A stretch of DNA of 64,000 nucleotides from the human T2T-CHM13v2.0 reference genome, Homo sapiens, in assembly GCF_009914755.1 (NCBI RefSeq), contig NC_060929.1, one strand, 5' to 3'. The translations under genes were made by a program, and so were the position numbers. Under the pieces are notes generated by a model. That model saw only the letters and a list, made by a program, of their open reading frames with translations, ran no database searches and was not told the origin of the DNA. Of the stretch, positions 38,265-54,334 are shown one piece after another. How positions within the stretch are numbered: the first letter of the stretch is position 1; every line of letters starts with the position of its first letter.

Positions 38265-40735
38265 TTTTATTAGAATAATACATACACATAGCTTTAAAAG
38301 CCTAAATAATACATAATGGAAAATATGTCATTTTCTCACCCTTCCCCACACCTCAACGGCAACAAGTATGCAGAAAGATCTGTTTCTTCTGATATTTACC
38401 TCCATTTTTCTAAATAGTCTTCTAATATTTCTGTCTCTTGACTCATCAATTTTAGATATTGATTATTTGCCATAGTGTAGCCACTTACAACCATGAGGGG
38501 AAGACACCTCAGTATTACCAAGGACTCAGGCTTCCTCCCACCTCCTGTTCCTCCATTCTTAGTGTATGGGTCTTAGCTCCATGGTCATGATTAGCTGCTT
38601 TTCCAGAAGCTCTGCTCAGCAGGTTCTACCCACATCTCACTGGCCAGAACTAAGTCACATGACCACATCTAGACACAATGGAGTTTGGAAAAATCAGCAA
38701 TTCAGGTTTCCAGTCCCTACGCCAAAGAACTCAAAGGAAAAGAGGATTGTGAATGGCTTTTAGGTATCAGTCCACTGTCTGCCACAGTAACCATCCATGA
38801 GTTTTTCAAATGCTCTCAGTAGATCCATTAAAAGCCTATCATATTTTCTGAGTGTTTCAGTACATCAACAAATATATCAGAATGCTTTTCAACATGTTCT
38901 GTGTCATGGCACAGATTGAAAATAATATTTTTATGGTTCTTTGTGAGAAATGGGAGGAGAGTATTAAAGGCTTGAGGCCACTGGCCTGGGACTCTGACCA
39001 TTCCAGGCCCCACCCAGCCACTCCAAGGATGAGAGAACCAGTTTCCCCACATTTATAACCCATTCACAGCTCTGGTCTTTTGGGACTTGGAGATTTCCTG
39101 TAACCTTTAATCCAGACTGTCTAGACCTACAGCACAGTCATCATGCTGGGACTTTTCTTTGCTTCCCTCCTGTGTTAGATTTCCTGCTTTCTGAATCTAA
39201 CTCTTTCTTGGTTTGCTCCATTATTTTGCCAATGCAATATTCTAGTACTTTCTTTTAAAACCTGTTCATAAGAGGTAAATATTTTGAATCCTTGTATGTG
39301 TGAAAATGTCTCTATCATGCTGTCTGAATTTTGAAAGCAAGTCTTTGGTTTTCAGTGTTGCTTTTGAGGTGAGCAATGGTATTCTGATTCCCAGTGCTCT
39401 CTATTTAGCCTGCTTCTTCTTCTCTTGTGGATTTTAAGATCTTCTCTTTATCCCCAGAGAGTTATAATGTTCGTGATGATGTACATTGGTATGGGTCTCT
39501 TTTCATGTATTGTACAAAGAACTTGGTAAATCCTTTTAATATGGAACTGGTCCATATTGAATTTTTTTTTTTTTTTTGGTATTAGATGTTTGGTAATCTT
39601 CTTTCTGACAATATTTTCTGTTCTCTTTTTTTTTGAAGGAGGGACTCCTATTATTTGGGCGTTAGGAAGACATCTCGAATTGTTATCGTTTCCTGTATTT
39701 TCTACATTTTTTCTTTTTGCCTTATTTTCTAGCAGAATTTCTCAACATTATCTTTCAAACTGCTATAGAATATTTTAATTTCTTGTTTTCTTATAGGTCA
39801 TTTTTTATTAGTGCCTTGTTCTTGTTATAAGAATCCAATAGCTATTCTTAATTCTCTGAGAATATTTATTGTAGATTTTCTTCAGTTTTCTTCTGCCATC
39901 TAATGCAGGTGTGTCTTCAGATCAGATCATTAGATCTCTAGATCATTAGTGATACTGTATCTCTAATTCCTATGGGTTCTTTTTTTTCTATTTCTCTCTT
40001 TTGATTTCTTTTATTCATGTTAGAGATTTGCCTCAAGCATTTAGGCTATCTAGGTAATTCTAGGCTATCATATTTAAATCCAAATCCCTAAAGAACTCTT
40101 TGGAAGATATGTGTTCGTGGGTAAGCATGAAGGAGGTGGGGCTGTCAATTGAGGGGTTTCACTGGAGCTGGAATTTTTGTTTGAGGACTTCCAAATTTTA
40201 GTATTTGAGGCTCTTGTCTCTAGGGCTGTTTGGTTTCTCCAGAAAAGAATCTCCCACTTGGAAGGTAAATTACTGGCAGGTAACCATTCTAAGGACAAGG
40301 GGGCAGATATTCATTTCTTCTCGTGTTTTCAGTTCCATTAATCACCCTCAACCTAGAGTGTTCCTAATGGAATTAGTTTTAGAAATAAGTCTTCTATATC
40401 CTATGGAGGAGGAAATTGTGGACTCAGAAACTTCCAACTTTCTACTATTCTGCCTTCCAAGATAACCAGTGCTTCTGAATCTGGAGTCTTTCTGGAATTC
40501 TGTTGGGCGAATCCCCCTACTTTGTAAGATTCTCTTTTCCAGATACTTAGGTTATAACCTCCACTCTTGCACTTGTTTTATGTTTTTCAAATTCCTGATA
40601 TCTCTCAACATTGTTGTCTTCTCTGCCATTCATTTTGTCTTCATGGGTTTATACTTTCAAAAAATACCATTTCTGTTATTTTTGTGAGGTCTCAGAAGAT
40701 TCTTCCATATCTAACAGTCTGCCATATTTAACAAA
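38265..40735 (-). mobile_element. HAL1/L1ME-like ancient LINE, interrupted by an MLT LTR
   Basis: 3'-end-like ttttattagaataatacatacacatag...ttctgatatttacctcc; T-rich antisense body; 5'-end-like tctgccatatttaac. Confidence 0.55.
38490..38785 (-). mobile_element. Old MaLR LTR (MLT1J/K/L-like)
   Basis: catctcactggccagaactaagtcacatgaccac...tgtctgccaca. Confidence 0.6.
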
Positions 40736-43700
40736 CAGTTCTCAATGAACTTTAAAGATTATTTAAATAAAGGCAAAGGTATGTATGGGCTCCTTAGTTT
40801 CTTTTAAAGCCATGTAAACCTACTGAGCTCAGTGAAACATTTAGGAAGCATGGACAGAGCTAGGTACTGTGCCACTCATACACATCAGATCTTCCTCACG
40901 TCCTTCCCAATATTTTCACTGTTACATGCAACATAAAATATTACTGTTTTACTCTTTCTGGGATTAGTTTAGATTAGTTTCAATTGTTGTAGCCTCCAAA
41001 TAGATATTGATGCCATGAAGCCACAGGTGTTCAGAAGATAGGGATAATGAGATAGAAGATGGGCCAATGAAAAACCTTGACAGTTTCCCTCTAGAAATAA
41101 AGCTAGGAAAGAACACATATGTTTACCCAATAGAAAGTTTTCCCATGAAAAATTCTGAAATTTTTCCGTTCAGGATGTTGTAGTAACTGAAGCTATGAGG
41201 AAAGACTGCATAATTTTTATTTCTTTAAAAGGGGGAACTGTAAAAAGGTCATAACATTAATCAGTGTTCTATGTGTCTCAACAGGGCATCAAGGTACATC
41301 TTGGTGTTGAATGAAGTTGTTCCATATGGGCTCATTTCTCAGGTAAATATCAGAATAAGTTTATGTGGGCAGTAAACTGATATGTACCCAAACACCTGTC
41401 ACCATTAATACATAATAACCTTTTTGTGTTTGAAGAAGATATTCGATATCTTCCATATTTGGGAGATAGTCTGAAATACTGCACCCTGTTTATTAGAAGG
41501 GTAGTTTCTTTCAAACGTGAATCAAACAGTTAAAAAAACACATTTACATTACTTTGCTTTCTGTAGTTCACTAAGTACATAAAGAAGTAAGTTCACTAGG
41601 TACATAAGAAAGCCTGAAGGTAATAATGGAAAATTTCTTTATCTAGCTATCTGGAAAATTGCTTTCTTATGTAACTATGAAAATTGTTGCTGATCTTTGG
41701 TTTGTATTTTTGGTTTAAATATTGAAGATATTAAGATTCTAATCATTACGTATCTGGATGGATGTTCAAAGAGCTAAGTAATGTTTATCATGACATTATT
41801 TAGACAAAATATTAGAGACTGAGTAAATGTCCAGTTATAGATAATTCAAATAATATATTTTGGGACATCCATTCCATGAAATAATTTGTGGACATTTAAC
41901 ATGATAATGTAGAACATCAGCTTTCTGATGGGATGTGTTAACACTTGTGTATCTGGTTAGAGATATAACTAACATGTTGGGAACTGTGTATAACTGGAAG
42001 CCTATCGTATCTGTACTACAACCCGATTGTCCAAATCTGAGCACACCCTTTGAATTTTTTATATGTTGCTTTGGGGAAGAAAATAGAGAACTCTTATGAA
42101 AATAATGTTTAATGATATGGCAAGTAATACAGAATAACTAAAGACAGAAGAAAATGAGCTGGATTGCCAACTCATGGCAGCTACACAGAATTGTAGGCAT
42201 TCATTTAAGAAGGTACATTAGGTATCAGACAAATGGTCAAAGAAGCTTACCACTAGTACAAATATTAAAGAGCATAAATTGTTTGAAAGCAGAGAATTGT
42301 CTAACTTGCAGAGCAGTTATTTTTCCATATATACCTTTGTGAGGCTATATTTTCTGAAGTGTTATTTCAGTTGTTGGCCTTGGAATTTGTTTCCGTTTTC
42401 TTCCTTTGTTACTTTAAAGGAATTAAGGTCAGCTGATGTATTTTTACTCTCCACGTTTGAATTTGAGGCAGAACAATTCCCATGGAGAATTCTTGTGGAA
42501 CTTCATTTTAGTTATGTTTTAATAAAGTCTTATTTGTATTGACTTCTGGGGCAGCATGGCATTCCCTAACTGATAAACTACTTGGGTTTACTTTTTTATG
42601 GAGGGATTTTAATTTAATATGATAGATTCAACTGTTGTTTTTCAGGTTTTATATGCATGCCTGGAAGCCTTTTAATAACTTGCAATAACAAACAAAATGA
42701 ATGTGACTTTTAGGGTAGACACTTTTGTAATTGATATTTTTATCAACTCAGGATGTTTATTTGTTTTGCCAAAAAATGAAGCTCATTTTTTTCATCCTTG
42801 GGGAATAAAAAGTAATGGAATTATAATTTACTAAAAAGTTGCAAGAAAGATTCCATAGTTGGAATGAAAAAAATTCATACAGATATATTTCTTGCTCTCT
42901 AGACATAAGATTCTTGCATAACTCACAAAAAGTACAAGATTTTTTCCCTTATCTTAATAAATTCATTTGCCTTCCTGTATAAAAGTTAGGGATCAAGGAG
43001 TAATAGAATATTTTAAAAAATATTAACAGGGAGTAATTAAAGTTTGCATGGACTAAAATACTGCACAGGAAATTATATTGTTTTAATTTTTAAAATTATA
43101 CATTTTTTAGTACTGAAGAATGGGATTTTGGACACAGAAGTGATTTTGATAAGTGACAGAATTCTGCCGAAGGCCAGAGGCAAAAAGAGGCAAAACAAGG
43201 AACATAAAAATAGAGAATCTACAAATTAGCATGTTATAATTACTCTCTTGCATAGCATTTAAGGACATCTTTGAAAAGATTCAATGTCTTCAGCAACTGT
43301 ATCTAACTAGCATGTACTATAACTCAAATTGACATGATTCCTAAAGAGAAGCATCGGGACAACTCTTCTATAGTGATGAGGCATTACTGAACAATGTTTT
43401 TGGTTGATAAACAGTAATAGAAATTTGGGATTAAAATGGCCTTTTCAAAGGAGTAGGTCATTCCTATGAAAATAATAGATACTTAAATTTATCTCTCATT
43501 TCTTGTTTGTGTTTGTGCATTAGTCAACTTGACACTTCAAGGATCCTTAATTTTTATGAAGATGGTAGCATGCTGGTAACATTTTTGAAATACCTATTTT
43601 TTTGAAAGCCTGTATCTTACCTTTCCCCAAGACTGAATATAAGTTGTCATGATAGTTACAAGGCTGATGAAATACTGAATGAATTGTGGGAGGAGTGGTT

Positions 43701-44142
43701 GCAGCAGGGGTTGCATGGTGAAGAGGAGGCAAAGGAATATGAGGATTTCAACAAGTTGCTACAGTGAATAGTGCTTTGTCTCAGCCCTCCAGAAACAAAA
43801 GTGATAGCTGGTATTTATTAAGTTCTGCTGATAACTTGGAGAAATAAAATTCCTGAGTTTCAGTTTATTTGTAACTTATGGCTCAGTGATTTTATTTCTC
43901 CAAGTACTCTCTATATACATAAAGGCTTACCTGTTTTATTGTGCTTTGCTTTATTGTGCTCCACAGATATTGCATTTTTGTTTTTATCTAATGACTTGAA
44001 GGTTTGTGGCAACCTTGCATCAAGCAATTTTATTGACACCATTTTTCCAACAGCATGTGCTCATTTCATGTCTCTGTACCACATGTTGGTAATCGGCGAT
44101 ATTCAAAACTTTTTCATTATTATCATAATATGTATTAAAGTG

Positions 44143-44930
<788 letters not shown>

Positions 44931-47097
44931 ATGTCACTATTGTAATTGTTTTGCAGGGGCATCAACTGCGCCCACAGAAGATGGTGAACTTATTTGATAA
45001 ATGTTATGTGTTTTCTGACTGCTCCACCAATCAACTGTTCCCCTGTCTCTCTCCCTCTCCTTGGGCCTCCCTCTTTCCTCAGGCAAAAAAAAAAAAAATT
45101 GAAATAGGCCCATTAATAACCTTACAATTGTGCCTAAGTGTACAAGTAAAGGAAGAGCTGCACATCTCTAACTTTAAATCAAAAGCTAGAAATGATTAAG
45201 CTTAGTGAGGGAGCATATCAAAAGCCAAGACAGGCCAAAAGCCAGGCCTCTTGCACCAGGCAGGCAGCCAGGTTGTGAATGCAAACGAAACATTTTTAAA
45301 GGAAATTAAAAGTGCTACTCCAATGAACACATGAATGATAAGAAAGTGAAACAACCTTATTGCTGATATGGAAAAGGTTTTACAGTCAGGTAGAAGATCA
45401 AACCACCACCAACATTCCCTTAAACCAAATCTTAATCCAGAGTAAGACCCTGTCTTCGATTCAGTGAAGGCTGAGAGAGGTGAGGAAGTGTCAAAAGAAA
45501 AGTCTGAAGGTAGCAGAACTTGGTTCATGAGGTTTAAGGAAAGAAGCTGTTTCTATAGCATAAAAGTGCAAGGTGAAGCAGGAAGTGCTGATGGAGAAGC
45601 TGCAGCGAGTTATTCAAAGGATCAAGCTAAGATCATTGAAGAAGGTGGCTACACTAAACAACAAATTTTCAAAGTAGATGAAACAGCCTTCTATTGGAAG
45701 AAGACGCCATTTAGGACATCCATAGTTAGAGAGGTGAGGTCAATGTCTTGCTCCAAAGCTTCAAAGGACAGGTTGCTTCTTTTTTTAAGGCTAATGCAGC
45801 TGGTGAGTTTAAGTTGAAGCCTATATGTTCATTTACCATTCCAAAAATCCTAGGGCCCTTAGGAATTATGCTAAATCTCCTGTGCTTGTGCTCTATAAAT
45901 GGAATAATAAAGCTTGAATCATGGGATATCAGTTTATTGCATGGTTTACTGAATATTTTAAATCCACTGTTGAGACCTACTGCTCAGAAAAAAAGATTAT
46001 TTTCAAACTTACTGCTCCTTGAAACAATGCACCTGGTCATCCAAGAGCTCTAATGGAGATGTACAAGGAGATTCATGTTGTTTTTATGCCGCTAACACCA
46101 CATCCATTCTGTAGCCCATGGAACAAGGAGTAGTTTCAACTTTTAAGTCTCATTATTTAAGAAATACATTTTGTAAGACTACAGCTGCCAAAGATAGTGA
46201 TTCCTCTGATGGACCTGGGAAAAGTCACTTGAAATCCACCTGGAAAGGATTCATCAATGTAGATGCCAATAAGAACATTTGTGACTTGTGGGAGGAGGTC
46301 AAAATATCAACAATGAACAGGAGTTTGGAAGAAGTTGATTCCAACTCTTTGAGATGTTTAGGACTTCAGTGGAGGAAGTAACTGCAGAAGTGATGGAAAC
46401 AGCAGGAGAACTTGAATTAAAAGCAGAGCCTGAAGGTGTGAGTGAATTGCTGCAATCTCATGATAAAGCTTGAAAAGATGAGGAGTTGATTCTTATGAAT
46501 GAGCACAGAAAGTGGTTTCTTGATATGAAATCTACTCTTGGTGAAGGTGCTTTAAACACTTAAAAAGACAACAAAGAATTTAGAATATTTCATAAATTTA
46601 GTTGAGAAGGCAGTGGCAGGGTTTGAGAGGATTAAGTTCAATTTTGAAAGAAGTTCTACTGTGGGTAAAATGCTGTCAAACAGCATCGCATTCTACAGAG
46701 AAGTATTTTATAAAAGGAAGTCATTTGATGTGACAAACTTCATTGTTCTCTTATTTAAGAAATTGCCACAGTCACCCCAACCTTCAGCAACCACCACTCT
46801 GACTAGTTAGCAGCTGTCAACTTCGAGACAAGACTCTACACCAGCAAAATTATTATGTCTTGCTGAAGGCCCAGATGCTCCTTAGTATTTTAAAGCAATG
46901 AATTATTTTTAAATTAAGTATGTACATTGTTTTTTAGACATAATGCTATTGCACACTTAATAGACTACAGTATAGTGTAAACGTAAGTGTTATGTGCACT
47001 GGAAAAACTTTGTGTGACTCAGTTTATTGAAATATTCACTTTATTGTGGTGCTCTGGGACCAAACTGACAATATCTCTGAAGTATGCCTAAATAGGC

Positions 47098-47101
<4 letters not shown>

Positions 47102-47130
<29 letters not shown>

Positions 47131-47145
47131 CTGTGTCTGTGTGTG
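47102..47145. repeat. (TG)n microsatellite
   Basis: Direct read. Confidence 0.95.
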
Positions 47146-48029
47146 TAAGTTCTCTATATGTATAGGCGATGCAGATCTCACAGATTATTGTGAGCATAAA
47201 ATTATATAATATATGCAAAAGCCATACCAAGTTAAACTATACAAAACTATTCAAGGCTTACAATCCGTAGGTATACTTTCATAAACTGAGCTACACTGAA
47301 AAATCTTGCAGGATTTTTGTGTTCCTCATGTGATGGACACACTAAAGAGAAAATGTTGTGTCATAAAAATAGAGTAAGATGAAAAGAAACACTGCTTAAT
47401 GTAGATGTCATCTACATCATCTGAGACTCTTGGGATGTCATACGTTGCAAAGCAGGCAAAGGGGGAACAACTACAAAGGCTGCAATGAGGGTGCAAGCTC
47501 AGTGTGTTTGAGGAAAAGAAAGCAAGCCAGCAAGGTAAAAGCGAAAGATGAAGTTGAGGGAGCCCTCCCGTCAAACGCCAAGATATTCTTACCACTTTCC
47601 TCTAAACACCCCTGGCATTTTCTCTCTTACTCGCTTGGTTTCTAAGTATATAATCTTGTATTATCCCACTTTAGTTGGTAGTATACATTTTTTACCACAG
47701 GCTCTTTGATGGACTCCATATCTTGGACTCTATATCTTAAGGCTCCTTATGCTCTTCACAGCACTCAGTGAAATGCTTTGCCCGTAATAGGTACACAACA
47801 AGTAGTATTATAATTGTTGATGAAGCCCAATGATATAAACTATTCTTCCTAGCAAAACAGAATAAACTAGAGACCTGCAAAAGTGAATGTCCTAAGTAGG
47901 AGGTGGCCCTGTAGATTAGCTCAGTCTAACAGTGGTGAACAGTTTGAAAATAGAGCTTTTGAGTCTTCTGTATTCACTGGATTTCATTTAATATCAATAT
48001 CTAACAGAGCTCATTACGTGTCTGAAACT

Positions 48030-48365
48030 CATGAAAAGTTTGCTGAAATTCATCAAATGGCACACTTAAGATTTGTACATTTCATGACATGCAGATTTCT
48101 CAGAAGAAAAAAAGAACTGTAAATTAATTTTGCACTCTAGTTAATGATAAGCACACTGAAGGATTTCTGGAAAAATATAACGATGGCTGTAACTGACTTT
48201 GAAATGCATCAAAAAATTATATGGATTGATGGATGGGTGGCAAGATGGGCAGGTATATGAAAAGGCAAGTGTAGCAAAATGGTAGCTCAAGATCATGGGT
48301 GTTCAGGTATTCACTGCAAAGTTATTTCAACTTTTCTATAGGTTTGAATTTTTTATAATATGAGG
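48030..48365 (+). mobile_element. L1ME/L1MB-type 3' end
   Basis: cacacttaagatttgtacatttca...actttgaaatgcatcaaaaa...tttcaacttttctataggtttgaa. Confidence 0.75.
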
Positions 48366-51300
48366 AAAAGTCAGTTGAAAGTGATAACTGAAAATTTATA
48401 TTAACAAAATGATTCAGTTTATAGCCAATGTGCTCTCAGTTTTATACATCTGAGCTTTCAGAAAATCTTGTGATTCTTATATAAATCCAAGATATAGTCT
48501 GTTAACTTATGACTTTGAAAAGTGCCCAAGGAAGTATTGTAATCAATTCAACTTATTGCCTTCATAAGTTAAGAGTTTTGGTTATGTTCACTTATGTTTT
48601 TCTAATCATGGCTATGTCCCTGACAAAACTTTCTAATCTATACTGAAAAATTTTAGTCATTTGTGATGGTTAATGATAATTGATTTTTAACAATCCATAT
48701 TACTTATTGAATAGTACATTCTTACCTTAGCATTTCACCACGAGCGAAGCCAAAAAGTACAATCAACACAATATATCAACAGTCCCTCCCTCTCTCTCTC
48801 TCTCTGCCTGCATTCCCATGTTTGTCTTCCCCCATTTCTTTCTTTTTTCCTGAGGCAGAGAAATTACATAGCTTAGGTAAGCATGACATTTAAATGGGAG
48901 GGAATATGATCAACGTTAGTGCAAGATTAAAATTCTATAACTAGATTTATCTTCTTTTAGAATGAAATATCTAAGAAACTGTGGCACATTTGTGCCACTA
49001 TATAACATAAAGAAAGTTGAACAATTTCTTCAATTTGCAGAACTTTTGGTTTCTACCTTTGTCATCTAAGTTCTGAACAGTTTATTTTAATGTATTCCTT
49101 TTGTGTATGTAAAAGTTGTTCTTTAGTTTTTCTGTTAAAACAACAGAATGCACTCTCATATTAACACTTTTATAACCTAGGAAAAATGAATGGAATGCCT
49201 GTCTGAAGTATACTTCTAACTTTCATTTTGTAATACTGACAATTTGTATCTTTGAAGGAGACTTGGAGTGACAGCACTATAGTAACCCCGCTTCATCGGG
49301 GCCAATCTATAGAAAATGTTTGAAATCAGTGGAATTTCTAAGTTTTCAAAAGGTCTACACAGGTGTCAATAAATATGAGAAACGGTCTCAGAGTTCTGTG
49401 TAAATGAATAGGTTGTATGTATTTTAAGGCAGTCTTACAGGAACACATTGAGAGATCTGGCATTCTGAAAATCAAACATATGTCATATCAACATTCCTAG
49501 TACAAAGTATTTTGTTACTGTTTCTGCACTCTAAATAGCCCTGTGTAAAGGCACATCATTGAACCAAAGCATATGGAGGCAGCTATTCAGTTATGCTGAG
49601 CTATGCTGCAATATCATTTTGCTACTGCCTTACTCACCTATTTCTACACGTTTGCCAATGGAAATTTCTGCTCTAGAAATTATACCATGGCAAAGAGAAA
49701 AGTAAATACATGAGGTTTGATTCCATTTCTCAAGGCATATCAATATGAAACAGTGCTATTGTCTGTTTCCTGCAACTGCTGAATCAACAAAACATATGCA
49801 CCTATGCCTTAAGGAAGGAGTAACTCTTTAAACTGCCCTTTTTATTTACAATTACTTAATTACTTTATTTTGCCAAAAATAAAGGTCATTAAAATCATCT
49901 TGAAGCTTGACTTAAATTTCAGAAGTAGCCTGCAAATAGTTGTACAGTCTTTAACTATGTTCCATTTAACACATTTAATAGATGTAAAAGCTCACAAGTG
50001 ATGATATAAAGGATAATTTACGCTTGCAATGCATTTTTGTCCAATTAATAGATTGCCTGTGTGTTGCATATTTTGCATGACAAAAGAGCAGAATATTAAA
50101 CTGCCATTCATAATGAAAATGCACTTTGCAAATTAAAAGTGCCGAAACAGAAATTTTTCACCCTGTTTAGGAAATAAACAGTCCTTAACCAATTAAACTG
50201 CATTGTAATAATTCTATGATTTATTGCAAGTTGTTTAACTTTCAAAACTCGGCTAACCCATATTAAGGTCACAATCCATCATGTCTTGCTTGGAAAGCCA
50301 GCAAATAATGGCTGTTGTATTAGCTGCTTTTGATGATAGTATGAAAGAAGTATTAGCACTTGTCAACAAAACTGCTTACAACATAACATTAGCATGCATG
50401 GGCTGCTGTACCTATTTATTATTCTGGCAGCTTCACACATATTGTTACAAGCTTATAAAACATTTTGTCGGGTGGAAACCGAATGTACACTGTTTGGTTT
50501 TCTGATAGACTGGCAGCATAAATGTCTGGGCTGACTTAGTTTAGTTTAAGTGTAAATAGAGACACAAATTCTTCAACCTGTTCTCTTATTGATACTGAAA
50601 AGTGCTGAATTATTCAGCATCCAACTCTTCTGTTTGTGTCTATCACAGTTATCAATTACCCATCAGTCTTCTTGTCAAAACAGAATGGATTAATCTGGCT
50701 GAAAATAAGACAAATAAATGGATACTATAACAGGGGTGTGGGGTTGCCAGACTGTCAAAGGGAAATCCAGGCAGTGACATTTGCCGTCAAAAATGGGATC
50801 TCTGGCTTAAGTGAGCAAATGATTCCCTTCGTGAGCCAAGAATGCACTTAGCTCACCGTAAGTAAATTAATCTGCCTTCTTCAACTGCTAATGCATTAGC
50901 ACTGAGGTAATAGTTCCATTGCCGAAATTCCTTTATGTTTCAATAATTTTGGTCATTGCTATTGTTTCTCACAGGAAAGGCAGATACATTCAGATACTTT
51001 ATCTCGGTAAATAAAAGGTTGCCTGGTAAATAAATGAATCCATTTAACAATGAAGTTATTGCTGATAGTTTTGTGCCACTTCATAGCTCTCAGCTGATGT
51101 GACACCAAGTAACTCTTTGCACAGATGGCTGGTGGAATCCATCCAGCATCTGCAAAGTCCATCCCTGTTTTCTTTCCCAAACATTTTATTTGGAAATCTT
51201 GTTTGGCAGACTTCCTGAGACTCTGCCTGGCTGTTCAAAGTACATATTTCCAATCTATCTCATTTGGCCCTTCTATAAAAAAAGAACCAGCAAAGTGCCT

Positions 51301-52249
51301 TCTGATTTGGCACAAAAATTTCAGCCACAGACTGAAGCAAGTTTTAGGTTCCTGGCCAAAAATTTACAAGAATTTCATCTTAGATGCTTCCATACTGGAC
51401 TGTTTTACATAGTCATCATTAACATCTGAAGCCTTCACATCACGACAGGATCAAAGCCTCCCAATCTGTATCATCTGATAGCTTCACTTTGCCAAAAGTT
51501 CCCTCTTGTTCTTATTTTCCCAGACATTTCGTGTCCTAACAATTGCAGACATTGTACTTACTGCGGGGTGGTGAGTAATTTAAGGACAGCTACCTGCTGG
51601 AAAATGGTTCCATTCACTTGATGATGAATGAACAGATTACTTTAGAATGAATCATCATCTTTTTTCTTTTTCCAGTAGATTGTGTAAAGAATTTTAAGCA
51701 TTTAAAAATAAAATACCCTTCCTACATTTGGGGAGTTTCAAAGAGGTCGTACTAAAACTTGAATTCTAGGTACAACTTCTGCTATCCTCTTAAAAGACTT
51801 AGACAGACTGGAAATTTCCATCTCACATTCCCAGAACATTATCTCAAATTTCTCCTCAATGTAAATCAGGTTCCCAGAACTTCAACATTAAAAAGAAATG
51901 TACTAATTGGCCCAGTCACAATTTACTTTTCATTTGCTTTGTATATAATCCCAAGGTTACTTCATAGAAGCACTGCTTGAAATAAGGCAGTGTTTTTATT
52001 ACCAGTAGATTGTTTTACTTTATCTCTCTCTCATTCTTCCTTTTTAAAGCAAATAACTCATTTATATGGAAAGAGAGCATTCTACAAAATTTTGCATGGC
52101 CTAAAAGTGTTTTCAAAGTTTTAATTTTTTTCTAGAATTAATTCTTTGCTACACTAGAAACTAAGTTGATTGACAGGTATGTATAATGAACTTGCTTCCA
52201 AATTCCAGATGTTGTTTCCCACTCTTGAGGAACATTTCAAAGTATACGG

Positions 52250-52977
<728 letters not shown>

Positions 52978-53074
52978 CCTTGTACATTTTTCTTATTGTC
53001 TCACTTATATGGAATTTTTTAGTTCTTCAAGTCTGTTGAGCATTTTTCTGTTTCCTTTGTCATAACTAACTTGG

Positions 53075-53270
53075 TAGAAATCCTGTCTCTGACACTTACT
53101 AGCTGTGTGATTGTGGGCAAGTTATAGAAACAACGGAAGCCTCAGTTTCTCCTCTAAGACCTGAGATATTATCACCCCATGGGTTGTGAGTGTTAAATCA
53201 GCTAATGCATGTAAAACACTTAGAACAATGCCTGGCGCACAGTGAATGTTCATCAAATTCTTGCTTGTTA
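53075..53270 (+). mobile_element. MIR SINE
   Basis: acacttactagctgtgtgattgtgggcaagtt...cctcagtttcctc...cttagaacaatgcctggcgcacag. Confidence 0.9.
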
Positions 53271-53399
53271 TATTAATGCACACAGTAGGACTTGGAAACA
53301 TATGTTTTAACCTTTGTGGGTTGAGAGGTAACAACTGTAATTGCCTTTGGTAAAGGGGCTTAAAACTATACTTATGATCCTGAATGGCAGGCCTTGCAG

Positions 53400-53600
53400 G
53401 GTATAACATCCTGGGCTGAACAGTCTGGAGCCATGCTGTTTGGCTTCATATCCTGGCCTTTACCATTTGCTAGCTTTGTTTAAGTGGGAAGTAAGGCAGT
53501 TGAAAGTTTCTATACCTTATAGGTAGTTGTTAAGATTAACTGAAAGTAAAATGCTTAGCAGAGTGCCTGGCCCATAGCAAGACCTCCATAAGTGTAGCTG
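53400..53600 (+). mobile_element. MIR SINE (diverged)
   Basis: tctggagccatgctg...gcttagcagagtgcctggcccatag. Confidence 0.7.
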
Positions 53601-54334
53601 TCATTACACTAGAAGGGTTCCAAAATGTTCCTTGATCTAATTTTATGTGGTGAAAAAGGACTAGTTAAATGAATGCACAATTCCCTGAATTACTGTCACA
53701 TCTCCTAGGTCCATAAAATCTTAGAGTGTTTCAAAGAGGTTACACTCATTTTCTGGCCTTGTGTCTTCCCTCATACTCATCCCTCCCTTCCCTGCCCCAC
53801 ACATCTAGGAACATCCTCCCTGTTTACATCCATCTTTGTGAGTTTAAGAAGCTTGTCCCTACCGCAGGCTTTCTGACTAAGCTAGCCCTCAAAGATTTAT
53901 CATCTAAATGCCTGAAGCATTTAGCAGTTTTTACCACAAAATTGAGCTCTTAATTATAAATCGTCTTGCAGTGTTTTCTCTGTGTTTGATTTGGCTCTCC
54001 AGAGATATTTCACTATCTTTCTGCTTCCTACCTCTCTTTTTTCAGGAATCCACAAAGCTCTCTGGATAATTTTCCTGGCCTGTCATGGTGACCATGCCAC
54101 TTGTCTTCCAGGTATTAGCACGGGGTTCTGGTTCCAGCCAGGCTTCTGGGCTTGATTGTCTTTAACCTAACCATATGAAGAAGGTCTTGCAGCATGAGAT
54201 AGGCCGTTGCTATTTGCCAAGTCTGTGTTTGTGCACCGGGAAGAATTTTCCTTCTTCGTAAACTATATTTCTACTACCTCTTAGAATAAACCATATCTTT
54301 ATTCTACAGACAGCTTTACCTGATTGAAGCAGAA

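Noticed and set aside
45192-46810. Possible domesticated Tigger (TIGD-like) gene
   Set aside because: Transposase is broken by multiple stops and frameshifts across several frames.
48981-48998. Inverted repeat gtggcaca-tt-tgtgccac resembling an NFI site
   Set aside because: Half-site spacing does not fit TTGGC-N5-GCCAA, and such short inverted repeats are expected by chance.
50300-50500. Possible miRNA hairpin
   Set aside because: No match to mature miRNAs I recall and no long continuous stem visible.
50281-50505. ATG-initiated 74-aa ORF (MSCLESQQIMAVVLAAFDD...) in the candidate conserved block
   Set aside because: No recognisable homology or splice context; length is compatible with chance. 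PhyloCSF or Ribo-seq would be needed.
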